Source: Candidatus Marinacidobacterales bacterium (GTDB taxonomy: Bacteria > Acidobacteriota > Vicinamibacteria > Marinacidobacterales > DATDRI01). Taken from it: 64,000 nt of DNA. Position 1 is the stretch's first letter; the number at the start of each line of letters is the position of its first letter. The notes under the pieces are model-generated. The model made no database searches. It was not told the origin of the DNA and saw only the letters and a program-made list of their open reading frames with translations. The DNA lies in assembly GCA_965226495.1 (NCBI GenBank), contig OZ245365.1, positions 3,488,001-3,552,000 on the forward strand. Direction: 5' to 3'. A program made the translations under genes and the position numbers. Below, piece by piece: positions 17,519 through 27,050 of the stretch.

Positions 17519-18463
17519 CTATGGTCTCTCGACCCCCGTGGCAGCCACCTGACGGACGAAATACTCTTCGAGTGTCTGACGAACCGGTTGCACCGAAACG
17601 AGACGCGATCCCGTCGACTGCACCATGCCCAGAACCTTATCCAAAACCTCCTCGCCTCCCAGCTCCAACTTGACGCTCTCACCTATGCGGTGCAGGCGAG
17701 TCGCGATGGCGCCGAGCTCTTGCTCCAATCCGTCGGAGACATTCCCTAAAACGACTTCTATCGTCACCGACAGGTCTAGTATGTCCGAGAGCTTGCCTTC
17801 CTCGACCTTCTTCCCCTGGTTCAAAATCGCTACCCGGTCGCACAGGGCCTCGACGTCCGGGAGGATGTGCGAGCAGAAGAGAACCGTAACCCCTTCGTTC
17901 CTGAGCTCTCGAACGAGCACCGTCATGTCGCGTCTACCCATGGGGTCGAGGCCCGACATCGGCTCGTCTAGAAAGACGATACGCGGCCGGTTGAGCAGCA
18001 CCTGTGCCACTCCGAGTCGTTGCGTCATCCCCTTGGAGTACTCGCGAAGTTGAGTATCTCCTGCCGCGGTCAGACCCACTCGTTCCAGCAAATCGTCCGC
18101 TCGGCGGAGCCGCTCGGCCCGCTCCAGGCCAAAGAGTTGCCCAAAGTAATTTAGCAGCTCCCGACCGGTCAGATAGTCGTAAAAGTACGGGTGTTCGGGA
18201 AGATAGCCGATCTGCGCCTTCATCGCGAGATCATGGAGAGGCTTGCCGAGAATTTTGGCCCGTCCCGCGGTCGGGAATACCAACCCCATCAGAAGCTTTA
18301 GCGTGGTGGTCTTGCCGGCACCATTGGGCCCGATCAATCCAAAGATCTCCCCTTGCTCTATGATGAGGGACAGACTGTCAAGGGCCCGCTTCGTCTTCCG
18401 TGAGAACGAGCCCACCGGATAGTCCTTCGTCAAGCCAACGATTTCGACATCGGACATGCGCAC
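17519..18463 (-). CDS. ABC transporter ATP-binding protein (PilH-like)
   Basis: GPNGAGKTT, YSKGM, LDEPMSGLDP, SH. Confidence 0.92.
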   Translation of the reverse strand: MRMSDVEIVGLTKDYPVGSFSRKTKRALDSLSLIIEQGEIFGLIGPNGAGKTTTLKLLMGLVFPTAGRAKILGKPLHDLAMKAQIGYLPEHPYFYDYLTGRELLNYFGQLFGLERAERLRRADDLLERVGLTAAGDTQLREYSKGMTQRLGVAQVLLNRPRIVFLDEPMSGLDPMGRRDMTVLVRELRNEGVTVLFCSHILPDVEALCDRVAILNQGKKVEEGKLSDILDLSVTIEVVLGNVSDGLEQELGAIATRLHRIGESVKLELGGEEVLDKVLGMVQSTGSRLVSVQPVRQTLEEYFVRQVAATGVERP

Positions 18464-18585
18464 TTCCTTGAAAACTGCCAGATCCTCTAGGATTCTACAT
18501 TGTTTCTGATGTTGCGTTGCGCCAAGCCTTCGCCGACGCGAAAGCTATCCTCTTGGTGGAGAGGTGAACGCCTTCGTGGTAACGA

Positions 18586-19113
18586 CTAGTCGAGAATAAA
18601 TGTTGCCGAGGGAATCGGACAAGCAATGGCGTTACCTGCCTGGTCAAAGTAGATGGTGCCTGCCGGCGTACCCGAGTAGGCTCGTACCCCGGTCAGCCCC
18701 GGGTTGAGTGGTTGGGAATGATAGCAGAAATCGAATAAGGATCCGGCATCGCACCTCGTCGTATCCTGGCCCGCGGCTGGAGTCGTCAAATAGTCCCGCG
18801 AGTACCCGCCCTTATTGTAGGGGGTCGCTCGACCGAGGTCCCGACCCAAGAATGGAGGCGCGATGGTTGGATATCCCGGGATGCATATATTGCCCTGTGT
18901 CATGCATACCAAGCTTGCAGCGAACAGCCCACAATTGCTCGAAGCATAAGTGACCGCGGCGGAAATGAGGGTCCGGGTATCTCCGATGACCTGGGCTTCG
19001 TTAGCTGCGACGCGGGCACGAAGGAGGTTGGGGATGGCGATGGCGGCGATGATACCGATAATGGCAACAACGATAAGCAGTTCGATGAGTGTGAATCCGT
19101 TTCTCTTCTTCAT
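18586..19113 (-). CDS. Type IVa pilin paralog 2 (6 Cys)
   Basis: MKKRNG-FTLIELLIVVAIIGIIAAIAIPNL class III signal. Confidence 0.9.
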   Translation of the reverse strand: MKKRNGFTLIELLIVVAIIGIIAAIAIPNLLRARVAANEAQVIGDTRTLISAAVTYASSNCGLFAASLVCMTQGNICIPGYPTIAPPFLGRDLGRATPYNKGGYSRDYLTTPAAGQDTTRCDAGSLFDFCYHSQPLNPGLTGVRAYSGTPAGTIYFDQAGNAIACPIPSATFILD

Positions 19114-19151
19114 CGTGGCTGGGTCCCCTCATGCCCCTCGGGAAGAAGTGG

Positions 19152-19187
19152 GAGGAAAGGGTGGCTTAGCACAGCCACCCTTTCCTC
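19152..19187 (-). terminator. Perfect 15-bp stem-loop between the two pilin genes
   Basis: gaggaaagggtggct / tagcac / agccaccctttcctc; only a weak U-tract. Confidence 0.65.
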
Positions 19188-19196
19188 TCTGGTCTA

Positions 19197-19739
19197 CTAC
19201 TCGAGGAAGAGCACCGTGCTGTCAGCGGGACATGCCACCTGGCTACCGTCCTGCGTGATGTAGATCGCGCCCGCGGCTGAACCCATGAAGCCCCGTACAC
19301 CGGTGAGCCCGAGGTTCGACGGAACCGAGTGGTAGCAGTAATCCGTCTCGCTGCTGGGGTCGCAGCGCGCGGAGTCGACGGTCGGGGCCGTTCCAACGGC
19401 TTCAAAAGACCGGTCGTAACCAGACTTCGTGTAGGTCGAGGTCCTTCCGAGGTCACCACCCACGAACTCAGGTGCGTTCGTCGGATAGTTGGGGATGCCG
19501 ATACCGCCACAGTCTCCGCCGTTCCGGCATAGATTGATCAAGTCCGCGAAGAACCCGCAGTTAGCCGAAGCGTAGGTCTGCTCTGCAGAGATGACGGACC
19601 GGGTGTCCCCAATAGCCTGCGCTTCGTTCGCGGATACGCGCGCCCGAAGCAAGCTGGGGATGGCGATGGCGGCGATAATGCCGATAATCGCCACGACGAT
19701 CAACAGCTCGATCAGTGTGAAACCTTTCTGATTTCTCAT
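19197..19739 (-). CDS. pilA: Type IVa major pilin candidate (6 Cys)
   Basis: MRNQKG-FTLIELLIVVAIIGIIAAIAIPSL; SD AAGGAG; first gene after a sigma-54 promoter. Confidence 0.88.
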   Translation of the reverse strand: MRNQKGFTLIELLIVVAIIGIIAAIAIPSLLRARVSANEAQAIGDTRSVISAEQTYASANCGFFADLINLCRNGGDCGGIGIPNYPTNAPEFVGGDLGRTSTYTKSGYDRSFEAVGTAPTVDSARCDPSSETDYCYHSVPSNLGLTGVRGFMGSAAGAIYITQDGSQVACPADSTVLFLE

Positions 19740-19876
19740 TTCTAGCTCCTTTTCCCTTGCTTACCCCACCCAAGGGGTCGATTGTGTTGTGCCCGCCCTG
19801 CTCTCGTCGTTTCCGGCCTCGTTGGCTCAGTTGCGAATCGACTTACCGGGGGCGAGGCAAGTTCGATGGGGACTAT

Positions 19877-19892
19877 AGCAACCCCTATGCCA
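19877..19892 (-). promoter_or_regulatory. Sigma-54 (-24/-12) promoter of the pilin genes
   Basis: Minus strand TGGCATAGGGGTTGCT gives GG-N10-GC; pilR is nearby. Confidence 0.8.
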
Positions 19893-19997
19893 GCCTCTGC
19901 TCCACGAGGCCGGACCTAGCCTGCGCTTTTAAGTTATTCTGTTTATACAAGTTAACCGGCATTCTCTGTCAACGAGGAACCCCGGCCAAATCGACGC

Positions 19998-20022
19998 CGT
20001 CAAAGTCTGCCACTTTTTGTCA
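19998..20022. promoter_or_regulatory. Candidate PilR upstream activating sequence
   Basis: CGTCA-N5-TGCCA-N5-TGTCA, 10-bp periodic, about 105-130 bp upstream of the -24 box, with an AT-rich stretch between. Confidence 0.45.
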
Positions 20023-20356
20023 ACGGCCGGGTCGCAAATTTTTGAAGTTCCTACCCGGAGTCGAGCGAACAACAATAGAATATATAGAGATTCATCCTAG
20101 AACAAGCGGAAGTGCGTGATGCTCTTCTGAATCTACGACTTCCCCCGCTTCTTCAGCTCGTAGCCCGCCATCTATGGAAACGACGCCACGTCCAATTTCT
20201 GGGTGTGGGACGACGGAGCGCTTCCCTTTGGAATTTCCTTGGAATCGTGACAATAGCACATGTTAGCTTCGAAAGGTCAACCAACGCTTCAGGTCCTGTA
20301 GAACCAATTCCTTCGCCCTGGGGACACGTGGAGTGGCTCGAGATTCAGGCGAAGTT

Positions 20357-20821
20357 CTATGTGGTAGCGAGAGGGGATGCAGCCACCCTGCGGCGCTCGG
20401 ACAGGGCCGCACGTAGTACCACCAAACCGGCGAGGAGTAGAACCACGTCTTGCGCGACCGTGACCGCCCCGATACCTCTCCCCTCTCCAGAAGTGCTGAA
20501 ACACCCGCAATCGAGGTTTACGCCGCGATAGAGGTTCACGGAGATCGCGGCGATGAACACGACCAGAAGGACGCTCAGCAGAAGCGAGCTCTCCCCTTTG
20601 AAGACCCCGATGATCAACGCGAGCCCCGCGAAGAGCTCCATCCAGGGCAAACTCATCGCGAATAGGTTGGAAGCCATTACCGGCAACATCTGGTAGTTGT
20701 AGACCTGCTTGGCGAAAGCGGCGGGGTGTTGGATCTTGTCGATACTGGCGTAAATGAACACCGCGCCCAGTACCAGCCTACAGGTCAGCACGAACCAGCG
20801 GTTGTCCAGTAGTTTTTGCAT
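20357..20821 (-). CDS. MauE/DoxX family membrane protein
   Basis: RLVLGAVFIYASIDK, LPWMELFAG, RGVNLDCGCF. Confidence 0.85.
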   Translation of the reverse strand: MQKLLDNRWFVLTCRLVLGAVFIYASIDKIQHPAAFAKQVYNYQMLPVMASNLFAMSLPWMELFAGLALIIGVFKGESSLLLSVLLVVFIAAISVNLYRGVNLDCGCFSTSGEGRGIGAVTVAQDVVLLLAGLVVLRAALSERRRVAASPLATT

Positions 20822-20875
20822 TTGCCTCTCTCGTTCAGTAACGGATAGTTATCAGTATGTCTAAAAAGGTACTGA

Positions 20876-21376
20876 CTACTGATCACTAACCTCAGTGGGG
20901 AGACCCGCTTCCGTCCACTCCGGCCATCCTCCGGTATACACGTAAACGACCTGGTAGCCCTTCTCCAGGAGCTTGCTTGCCAGCAAGGTACTCTCCTCAC
21001 AACCGTAGCCGCTGCAATAGCAAACGATTTCGTCATCCAGCGGCGGCAACTTGTCCTCCACCTTCGGAAAAACCGTGTCGAACTCCATGACCGGCAATGA
21101 GATCGCTCCCGGGATATGCCCCTCGTACAGGTAAAAGTCCTCGGCACGCGCGTCGATGAAAGTTATCCCCGCCTCCCATTTCGCTTTCGTCTCCTCCAGA
21201 TTGTTGAGGAACCTCGAAGATTCGAGCTCACTCACCGCTTCCAGTGGATGTTGGCTGAGGCCTACCCCTTCGGGAGAGATTCCGTTATGAACGAATCCCA
21301 CTGCCACGGCGCACGTCACTATCGCCAACGACCCCAGGATCGTTCTTCTCCAACCGGTCCAACCAGCCATCGTCAC
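20876..21376 (-). CDS. Membrane-anchored rhodanese-like protein
   Basis: N-terminal TM, FIDAR, GHIPGA, YCSGYGC, GGWPEW. Confidence 0.88.
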   Translation of the reverse strand: MTMAGWTGWRRTILGSLAIVTCAVAVGFVHNGISPEGVGLSQHPLEAVSELESSRFLNNLEETKAKWEAGITFIDARAEDFYLYEGHIPGAISLPVMEFDTVFPKVEDKLPPLDDEIVCYCSGYGCEESTLLASKLLEKGYQVVYVYTGGWPEWTEAGLPTEVSDQ

Positions 21377-22755
21377 CTCAGATCGTATTTCTGAAGAAGA
21401 TAGCGAAAGGAGCGAAGGTTCATGTGTAGGAACTTGGCGGCTCGGGTTTGCACTCCACCTGCGCGCTCCAGGGCCAGCGACAATAGACGTCGTTCGATAC
21501 TTCCGATGTGCTCGTGGAAATCGAGCCCGTCCTCCGGGAGCTCGACCGGTTCCCCTCCGTCAGTCGCCGCGATCGATGCGGAGCTGCCTTCCTGAATCTT
21601 CTCCGGCAGCCTCTCCGGCAGAATGACCTGCGAAGGCTCGAGCGCCACCGCACGCTCGATGACGTTCTCGAGCTCTCGCACGTTACCCGGCCAGTCGCAT
21701 CGGGTCATGAGCTCCATGGCTTCATCGGAGATCTTCGCAATGCGTTTGTTCATATTCTTATTGGCCTTCGTCAAGAAGTGCTCAGCCAACAACGGGATGT
21801 CGTCTCGGCGTTCTCGGAGTGGGACCATGTGAACGGGAATCACGTTTATGCGGTAATAGAGATCTTCACGAAAGGTCTTTTCCCCCACCATTTCCTCGAG
21901 GTTCCTGTTGCTGGCTGCGATGATCCGAACGTCAACCTCGAACTCCTCAGTGGAGCCGATAGAGCGGATTTTCTTCTCCTGCAGGACTCGCAGCAGCTTC
22001 ACCTGCATCGAGGTGCTCATCTCACCGATCTCATCGAGAAAGATGGTCCCTTTGTGAGCCACTTCGAAGAGGCCCTTGTGGTTGGCATGCGCGCCGGTGA
22101 AGGACCCCCTGAGATGACCGAATAACTCACTCTCCAGCAGGGTCTCGGGCACCGCACCGCAGTTGACAGAAACGAAGGGATCCGACTGCCGCGTGCTGTT
22201 GACGTGGATGGCACGGGCGGCGAGTTCCTTCCCCGTGCCGCTCTCCCCAGTAAGGAGGATGGTGCTGTTGGTCGGAGCCACGGACTTGATCAGCTCGAAG
22301 AGCTTAACCATCTTGGAGCTCCGGCCAAGCATCGACCCGAGGCCGTGCTTCTTGCGAAGCGTCCGCTTGAGGCTGACGACTTCCTCAGTCAGTTGCTGCT
22401 TTTCGAGAGCGTTTTTGATGGTAACTTTGAGCTCGTCGATCTTGAAGGGTTTCGCGATGTAGTCGTAGGCGCCCAGACGCAGCGCTTCCACCGCAGTTTC
22501 CGCGGACGAGTATGCGGTGATCATGATGACCGGGGTTTCCGGGGAGGATTGCTTCACTGCTCGCAGAACCTCGACACCACTCATGTCGGGCATTTTGATG
22601 TCGGAAATGACCAAATCGTAGGGAGCCTTCGAGAACGCCTCCACCGCGCTCTTACCCGACTCCGCCATCACTACTCGATGGCCATCCTTGCGAAGAGTTA
22701 TCTCCAACAGCTGGCGCATGGAAGTCTCGTCATCGACCACCAGAATGCGACTCAA
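21373..22755 (-). CDS. pilR: Sigma-54-dependent response regulator PilR
   Basis: Receiver domain, GESGTGKE, GSFTGA, WPGNVRELEN, C-terminal HTH; follows pilS. Confidence 0.88.
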   Translation of the reverse strand: MSRILVVDDETSMRQLLEITLRKDGHRVVMAESGKSAVEAFSKAPYDLVISDIKMPDMSGVEVLRAVKQSSPETPVIMITAYSSAETAVEALRLGAYDYIAKPFKIDELKVTIKNALEKQQLTEEVVSLKRTLRKKHGLGSMLGRSSKMVKLFELIKSVAPTNSTILLTGESGTGKELAARAIHVNSTRQSDPFVSVNCGAVPETLLESELFGHLRGSFTGAHANHKGLFEVAHKGTIFLDEIGEMSTSMQVKLLRVLQEKKIRSIGSTEEFEVDVRIIAASNRNLEEMVGEKTFREDLYYRINVIPVHMVPLRERRDDIPLLAEHFLTKANKNMNKRIAKISDEAMELMTRCDWPGNVRELENVIERAVALEPSQVILPERLPEKIQEGSSASIAATDGGEPVELPEDGLDFHEHIGSIERRLLSLALERAGGVQTRAAKFLHMNLRSFRYLLQKYDLR

Positions 22756-24416
22756 CCGATCGTCCTCCTGCTCAACGGAAAGTGTACGGAGACCTCCGTA
22801 CCCTGCGGCTCGATACTATCCACGCGGATAACTCCATTGTAATCTTTCACGATTCTATAGACGATAGCCAAACCTAATCCGCTCCCCCGCTCGAACTTAC
22901 CGGAGAAAGGGCGGAATACTTGATGCACCTCACCCTCGCTCAAACCGACCCCTTGGTCACGAAAAGCCATGACAACTTCCCCTGAGCCGTTCCGCCCGAG
23001 TTCTACTTCCAAGCGACCTCCTTCCGGCATCGCTTGAATGGCGTTGCGGGCTAGATTCCACGTAATCTGTTTCACATGGTTGGCGTCGGCGAAAAGCTTC
23101 ACCGCCGCATCAGGTAGCTTCAAGGCGATCTCGTGCTCCGGCTGAACCTCTGCGCTGTTTTCCAGCAGCGCAACCGTTTCCCCCACGACCTCGCGAAGAT
23201 CGATGTTACGGGGCTCGAACTTCGGAGGCCTGGCGTAGACCAGAAACTCGTTCAAAATAGACGAGAGGCGCTCGGATTCCCTCACAATGATGTCCATCAA
23301 CCGAGAGTCTTCTCCCGCCAGGCCCAGCTCTTCCTGCAGGACCTGAACGGAACCGCTGATAGACGCCAACGGGTTGCGGATCTCGTGAGCCATCCCCGCC
23401 GCCATCTCTCCCATCGTAGCAAGGTTCTCCTTCAGGCGGACCTCGTTCTCCAACCGTTTGATCTCGGTGAGATCCTGAAACGTAAAAAGGAATCCGCTCC
23501 TGCTTTCGCCTTTGTAGAGTAAATGGGACACGCTCAACCCAAGGTAAATCTCATCCCCATGCCCGTTCAGATAGGCTCCCTCCATCCGACAATAGCGACG
23601 CGCTTCCAACATCGAGGCAATGCGTCCAATGAAGCCTTCTTCTTCCCCGAGCAACTCACTGGCCTTCTGTCCCATCGCTTGTGCCGCTTTCACCTTGAGT
23701 ATCGCCTGCGCGGCGTCGTTGAAGAAGTTGATGCGTCCTTCAGTATCGGTGGTCATCAAACCCGAAGAAAGTGAGTCGATCACGGTCTGATTGAAGGCTT
23801 GAAGGTCGGCGAGATGATCGGACGCCACCTCTAGTTCGCGGCCCGTCTCTCGGAGGCTCTCGGAGAGATAGCTGGTGAGAAATCCTACTGTGAAGAAGAG
23901 AAACGTATTCAGAAAGATTGTGAAGTGAACGGCCTTGGCCGGAACGGCGAACACCGCCCCCAGATAGGGATAGGCGGGAAGCACTTGTAAATGGACGAGC
24001 TCCAGCACCACCCCATACATCAACGAGGCGGCGGCCGCGGTTACTAACCCTCCCCGCCGATAGAGGATGGTGCTCGCGGCGATAATGGAAATGAAATAGA
24101 GCCTGGAGAAATTACTCTCCCCGCCACCGGTGAAATAGACGACACCCGAGATGATGGCGAGGTCCGCCAAGATCTGTGCATAAGCGGTTTGGCGGCGATA
24201 CGCCCCGGTAAAGGGCCAAACCAGGGCGTAAAGCAGCGTGAAGAAGTAGGTGAGTGCGATGAGGAAGTAGAGTGGGTGAACGGGCGCCCCGGGACGCGCA
24301 ATCACCTCGGTGGCAACTGCCAGCCCGAGCAGGATGGTGACTACCAGTACTCGCAGGACCATCAACCAGATGAGTCTGGTCTCGATTTGGCTGGAGGCTG
24401 TTTGCTTCGACATCAA
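22752..24416 (-). CDS. pilS: Sensor histidine kinase PilS
   Basis: About 6 TM helices, PAS, AHEIRNPL, GSGLGL; located between pilC and pilR. Confidence 0.85.
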   Translation of the reverse strand: MMSKQTASSQIETRLIWLMVLRVLVVTILLGLAVATEVIARPGAPVHPLYFLIALTYFFTLLYALVWPFTGAYRRQTAYAQILADLAIISGVVYFTGGGESNFSRLYFISIIAASTILYRRGGLVTAAAASLMYGVVLELVHLQVLPAYPYLGAVFAVPAKAVHFTIFLNTFLFFTVGFLTSYLSESLRETGRELEVASDHLADLQAFNQTVIDSLSSGLMTTDTEGRINFFNDAAQAILKVKAAQAMGQKASELLGEEEGFIGRIASMLEARRYCRMEGAYLNGHGDEIYLGLSVSHLLYKGESRSGFLFTFQDLTEIKRLENEVRLKENLATMGEMAAGMAHEIRNPLASISGSVQVLQEELGLAGEDSRLMDIIVRESERLSSILNEFLVYARPPKFEPRNIDLREVVGETVALLENSAEVQPEHEIALKLPDAAVKLFADANHVKQITWNLARNAIQAMPEGGRLEVELGRNGSGEVVMAFRDQGVGLSEGEVHQVFRPFSGKFERGSGLGLAIVYRIVKDYNGVIRVDSIEPQGTEVSVHFPLSRRTIG

Positions 24417-24527
24417 CCGACTCTAGCCGGCTCTCTCTTCAATTGTCTAGATTCTGCGCGAGGACATGAAGCGAAAGGACGACTGGCGTTCCGGAGAACG
24501 CCCGTCGTCGCGAAAAATAGGATTAGC

Positions 24528-25727
24528 TCACAGGTGGCTGATCAGGTCGAAGATTGGCAGGTACATCGAGATAACGATTCCACCTACGACGATACCCAAA
24601 AAGAGGATGAGAACCGGCTCCATCAGCGTCATCAAGTTGGCCACCGATTGATCCACCTCGTCTTCGTAGAAATCTGCGATCTTCGACAGCATAGTGTCCA
24701 AGGCACCGGTTTGCTCCCCGACCGAGATCATTTGAACAACCATGGACGGAAACACCTCGGTCGCCTTGAGCGGCTGGGCGAGCGTCTGACCACCCTCGAC
24801 GGCCTTCCGAGTGGTCATGATCGCGTCTTCGATGATCGCGTTACCCGACGTCTTCGCAGTAATCTCCAGTCCGTCCAGGATGGGCACACCACTAGACATC
24901 AACGTGGCAAGCGTCCGACAGAACCGCGCCACCGAAATCTTCTTGAGGATCATTCCTAGAACAGGCGCTTTCAACATCAAACCATCGAGTACTCGCCTGC
25001 CCTTGTAGGTCGCGTAATATCGACGGATGCCGATCACCCCCGCGATGGAACCCAGGACGAGAAACGGCAGGAGCCGAACGAACCAGTTGGACGAGGCGAT
25101 GACGATTCGGGTGGGTAGAGGTAACTGAGCCCCGAGCCCTACAAACAGAGCCGCGAAGGTCGGAATCACCTTCCAGAGAATGACTCCTACCACCAAGCCG
25201 GCAATGCTCACCACCGCCGCTGGATAGATCATCGCCGACTTCACCTGGGACTTCAGCTTGACGTTTTTTTCGATATAGATGGCCAGGCGCTTGAGAATAG
25301 TGTCCAAGATACCGCCAGCCTCACCGGCAGCGATCATATTGGTAAACAGATCATCGAATGCCTGAGGATGCTTTTTCATAGCATCGGCTAAGGACGCACC
25401 GCCTTCCACGTCCTGACGCACGCCCAGAAGTACCTTTTGGAAACTGGCATTGTCTTGCTGGGTCCCCAGGATCTCCAAGCATTGCACCAACGGAAGTCCG
25501 GCATCGATCATCACCGAGAACTGACGCGTGAAGACAGCAATGTCCTTAGACTTGATGCCGCCCCCCAACTTGGGAAGCGACAACTCCTTGCCCTTCTCCT
25601 TGATGCTGGTGACCAGGACCTGCTCACGGCGGAGCATGGCAATCACCGCGTCCTTGGTATCGGCGACCCTTTCTCCGCTGGTGGCCACGCCGCGACGCGT
25701 CTTGCCTTTCCAAACGTACGCCGGCAT
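24528..25727 (-). CDS. pilC: Type IV pilus platform protein
   Basis: FTRQFSVMIDAGLPL, AGEAGGILD, VKSAMIYP, GEQTGALD. Confidence 0.95.
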   Translation of the reverse strand: MPAYVWKGKTRRGVATSGERVADTKDAVIAMLRREQVLVTSIKEKGKELSLPKLGGGIKSKDIAVFTRQFSVMIDAGLPLVQCLEILGTQQDNASFQKVLLGVRQDVEGGASLADAMKKHPQAFDDLFTNMIAAGEAGGILDTILKRLAIYIEKNVKLKSQVKSAMIYPAAVVSIAGLVVGVILWKVIPTFAALFVGLGAQLPLPTRIVIASSNWFVRLLPFLVLGSIAGVIGIRRYYATYKGRRVLDGLMLKAPVLGMILKKISVARFCRTLATLMSSGVPILDGLEITAKTSGNAIIEDAIMTTRKAVEGGQTLAQPLKATEVFPSMVVQMISVGEQTGALDTMLSKIADFYEDEVDQSVANLMTLMEPVLILFLGIVVGGIVISMYLPIFDLISHL

Positions 25728-25804
25728 CCTGTGCCTCCTTTACTCGTTCAAACCATTAACGGTTTAGTGGCCTGATATTGCAAAACGGGGCAACCATTTC
25801 TCGC

Positions 25805-26932
25805 CTACCGACCGCCTCCGGCGCGGTTGCCCGCCATCTGCGGTCGATGACCGCCCGAAATTCCGGCGCCCCGATTGATCATGTCCTGGAGCTCATCCGG
25901 GATGGATGACATCGAGAGGGCCAATTGCAGCGTGATCTGCTTCTGAGCGTAGAGCGTAGACAAGCATTGATTGAACGTCTGCATGCCGTGTTTTTCCTGA
26001 CCGGTCTGCATCGACGAATAGATCTGATGGACCTTATCCTCGCGAATCAGGTTACGGATTGCCGCATTCGGGATCAGAATCTCCATCGCCAATACGCGGC
26101 CGGTTCCGCTCGCACGGGGTAGCAAGGTCTGACACAAGATCCCCTCGAGCACGAACGAGAGTTGCGCTCGAATCTGTGGCTGCTGGTGCGCTGGGAAGAC
26201 GTCGACGATACGGTTGATGGTTTGAGCCGCCGAGTTGGTGTGCAGGGTGGCGAACGTCAAGTGGCCAGTCTCGGCGATGCGAAGCGCCGATTCGATGGTC
26301 TCGAGGTCACGCATTTCTCCGATGAGCACCACGTCGGGATCTTCACGAAGTACGGAGCGCAGCGCGTTCGGGAAACTGAGTGTGTCGGCATGGAGCTCGC
26401 GCTGATTCACGACGCACTTCTGATGGTTGTGCAGGTACTCGATGGGGTCTTCGATAGTGATAATGTGCTCTGCTCTTTCTTTGTTGACCTTGTCCAACAT
26501 GGCGGCAAGCGTCGTCGACTTGCCGCTCCCCGTCGGGCCCGTCACCAACACCAACCCTCTCGGTTTGTCGCAGATCTGTGACACCACGGTCGGGAGTCCC
26601 AGCTGCTTGAAATTGAGGATTTCGTAAGGAATCGTCCGATAAACGGCTGCCACTGATCCCCGCTGCTGGAACACGTTAGCGCGGAACCTTGCCAGATTCT
26701 TGATGCCGAACGAAAAGTCCAACTCGAGGTTTTCTTCGAAACGATGCTTTTGGTTGTCGGTGAGCACACTGTAAGCAATTTGTTTCGTTTCCACCGAAGT
26801 GAGAGGCGGCATGTCGAGCTGACGAAGCTTGCCGTCCACCCGCACCTGAGGCGCCGAGTTGTTGGTCACGTGTAGATCGGATCCGCCCATCTCGAGCATC
26901 GTCTTCAGCAACTGATGGAGGCTAACCGCCAT
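25805..26932 (-). CDS. pilT: Type IV pilus retraction ATPase
   Basis: GPTGSGKSTT, REDPD, ETGHL, AIRNLIRE. Confidence 0.96.
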   Translation of the reverse strand: MAVSLHQLLKTMLEMGGSDLHVTNNSAPQVRVDGKLRQLDMPPLTSVETKQIAYSVLTDNQKHRFEENLELDFSFGIKNLARFRANVFQQRGSVAAVYRTIPYEILNFKQLGLPTVVSQICDKPRGLVLVTGPTGSGKSTTLAAMLDKVNKERAEHIITIEDPIEYLHNHQKCVVNQRELHADTLSFPNALRSVLREDPDVVLIGEMRDLETIESALRIAETGHLTFATLHTNSAAQTINRIVDVFPAHQQPQIRAQLSFVLEGILCQTLLPRASGTGRVLAMEILIPNAAIRNLIREDKVHQIYSSMQTGQEKHGMQTFNQCLSTLYAQKQITLQLALSMSSIPDELQDMINRGAGISGGHRPQMAGNRAGGGR

Positions 26933-27050
26933 ACCTTGACCTCTCTAATATCCGCTCTGGAATAGCTGTTGGGTTTGTCACGTTAACTTGCCGCCCAAGA
27001 GTATGCAGGTCAGCATCGAAAGTGGTCCGGCCCTCAGAGTCTCCAGGGGT

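Noticed and set aside
18586-19739. Conductive e-pilin hypothesis
   Set aside because: These are long pilins with about 8% aromatic residues by manual count for pilin 1, and they lack the aromatic residues at mature positions 24 and 27 typical of Geobacter e-pilins.
19740-20350. c-di-GMP riboswitch near the pilin genes
   Set aside because: No recognisable GEMM motif arrangement on either strand.
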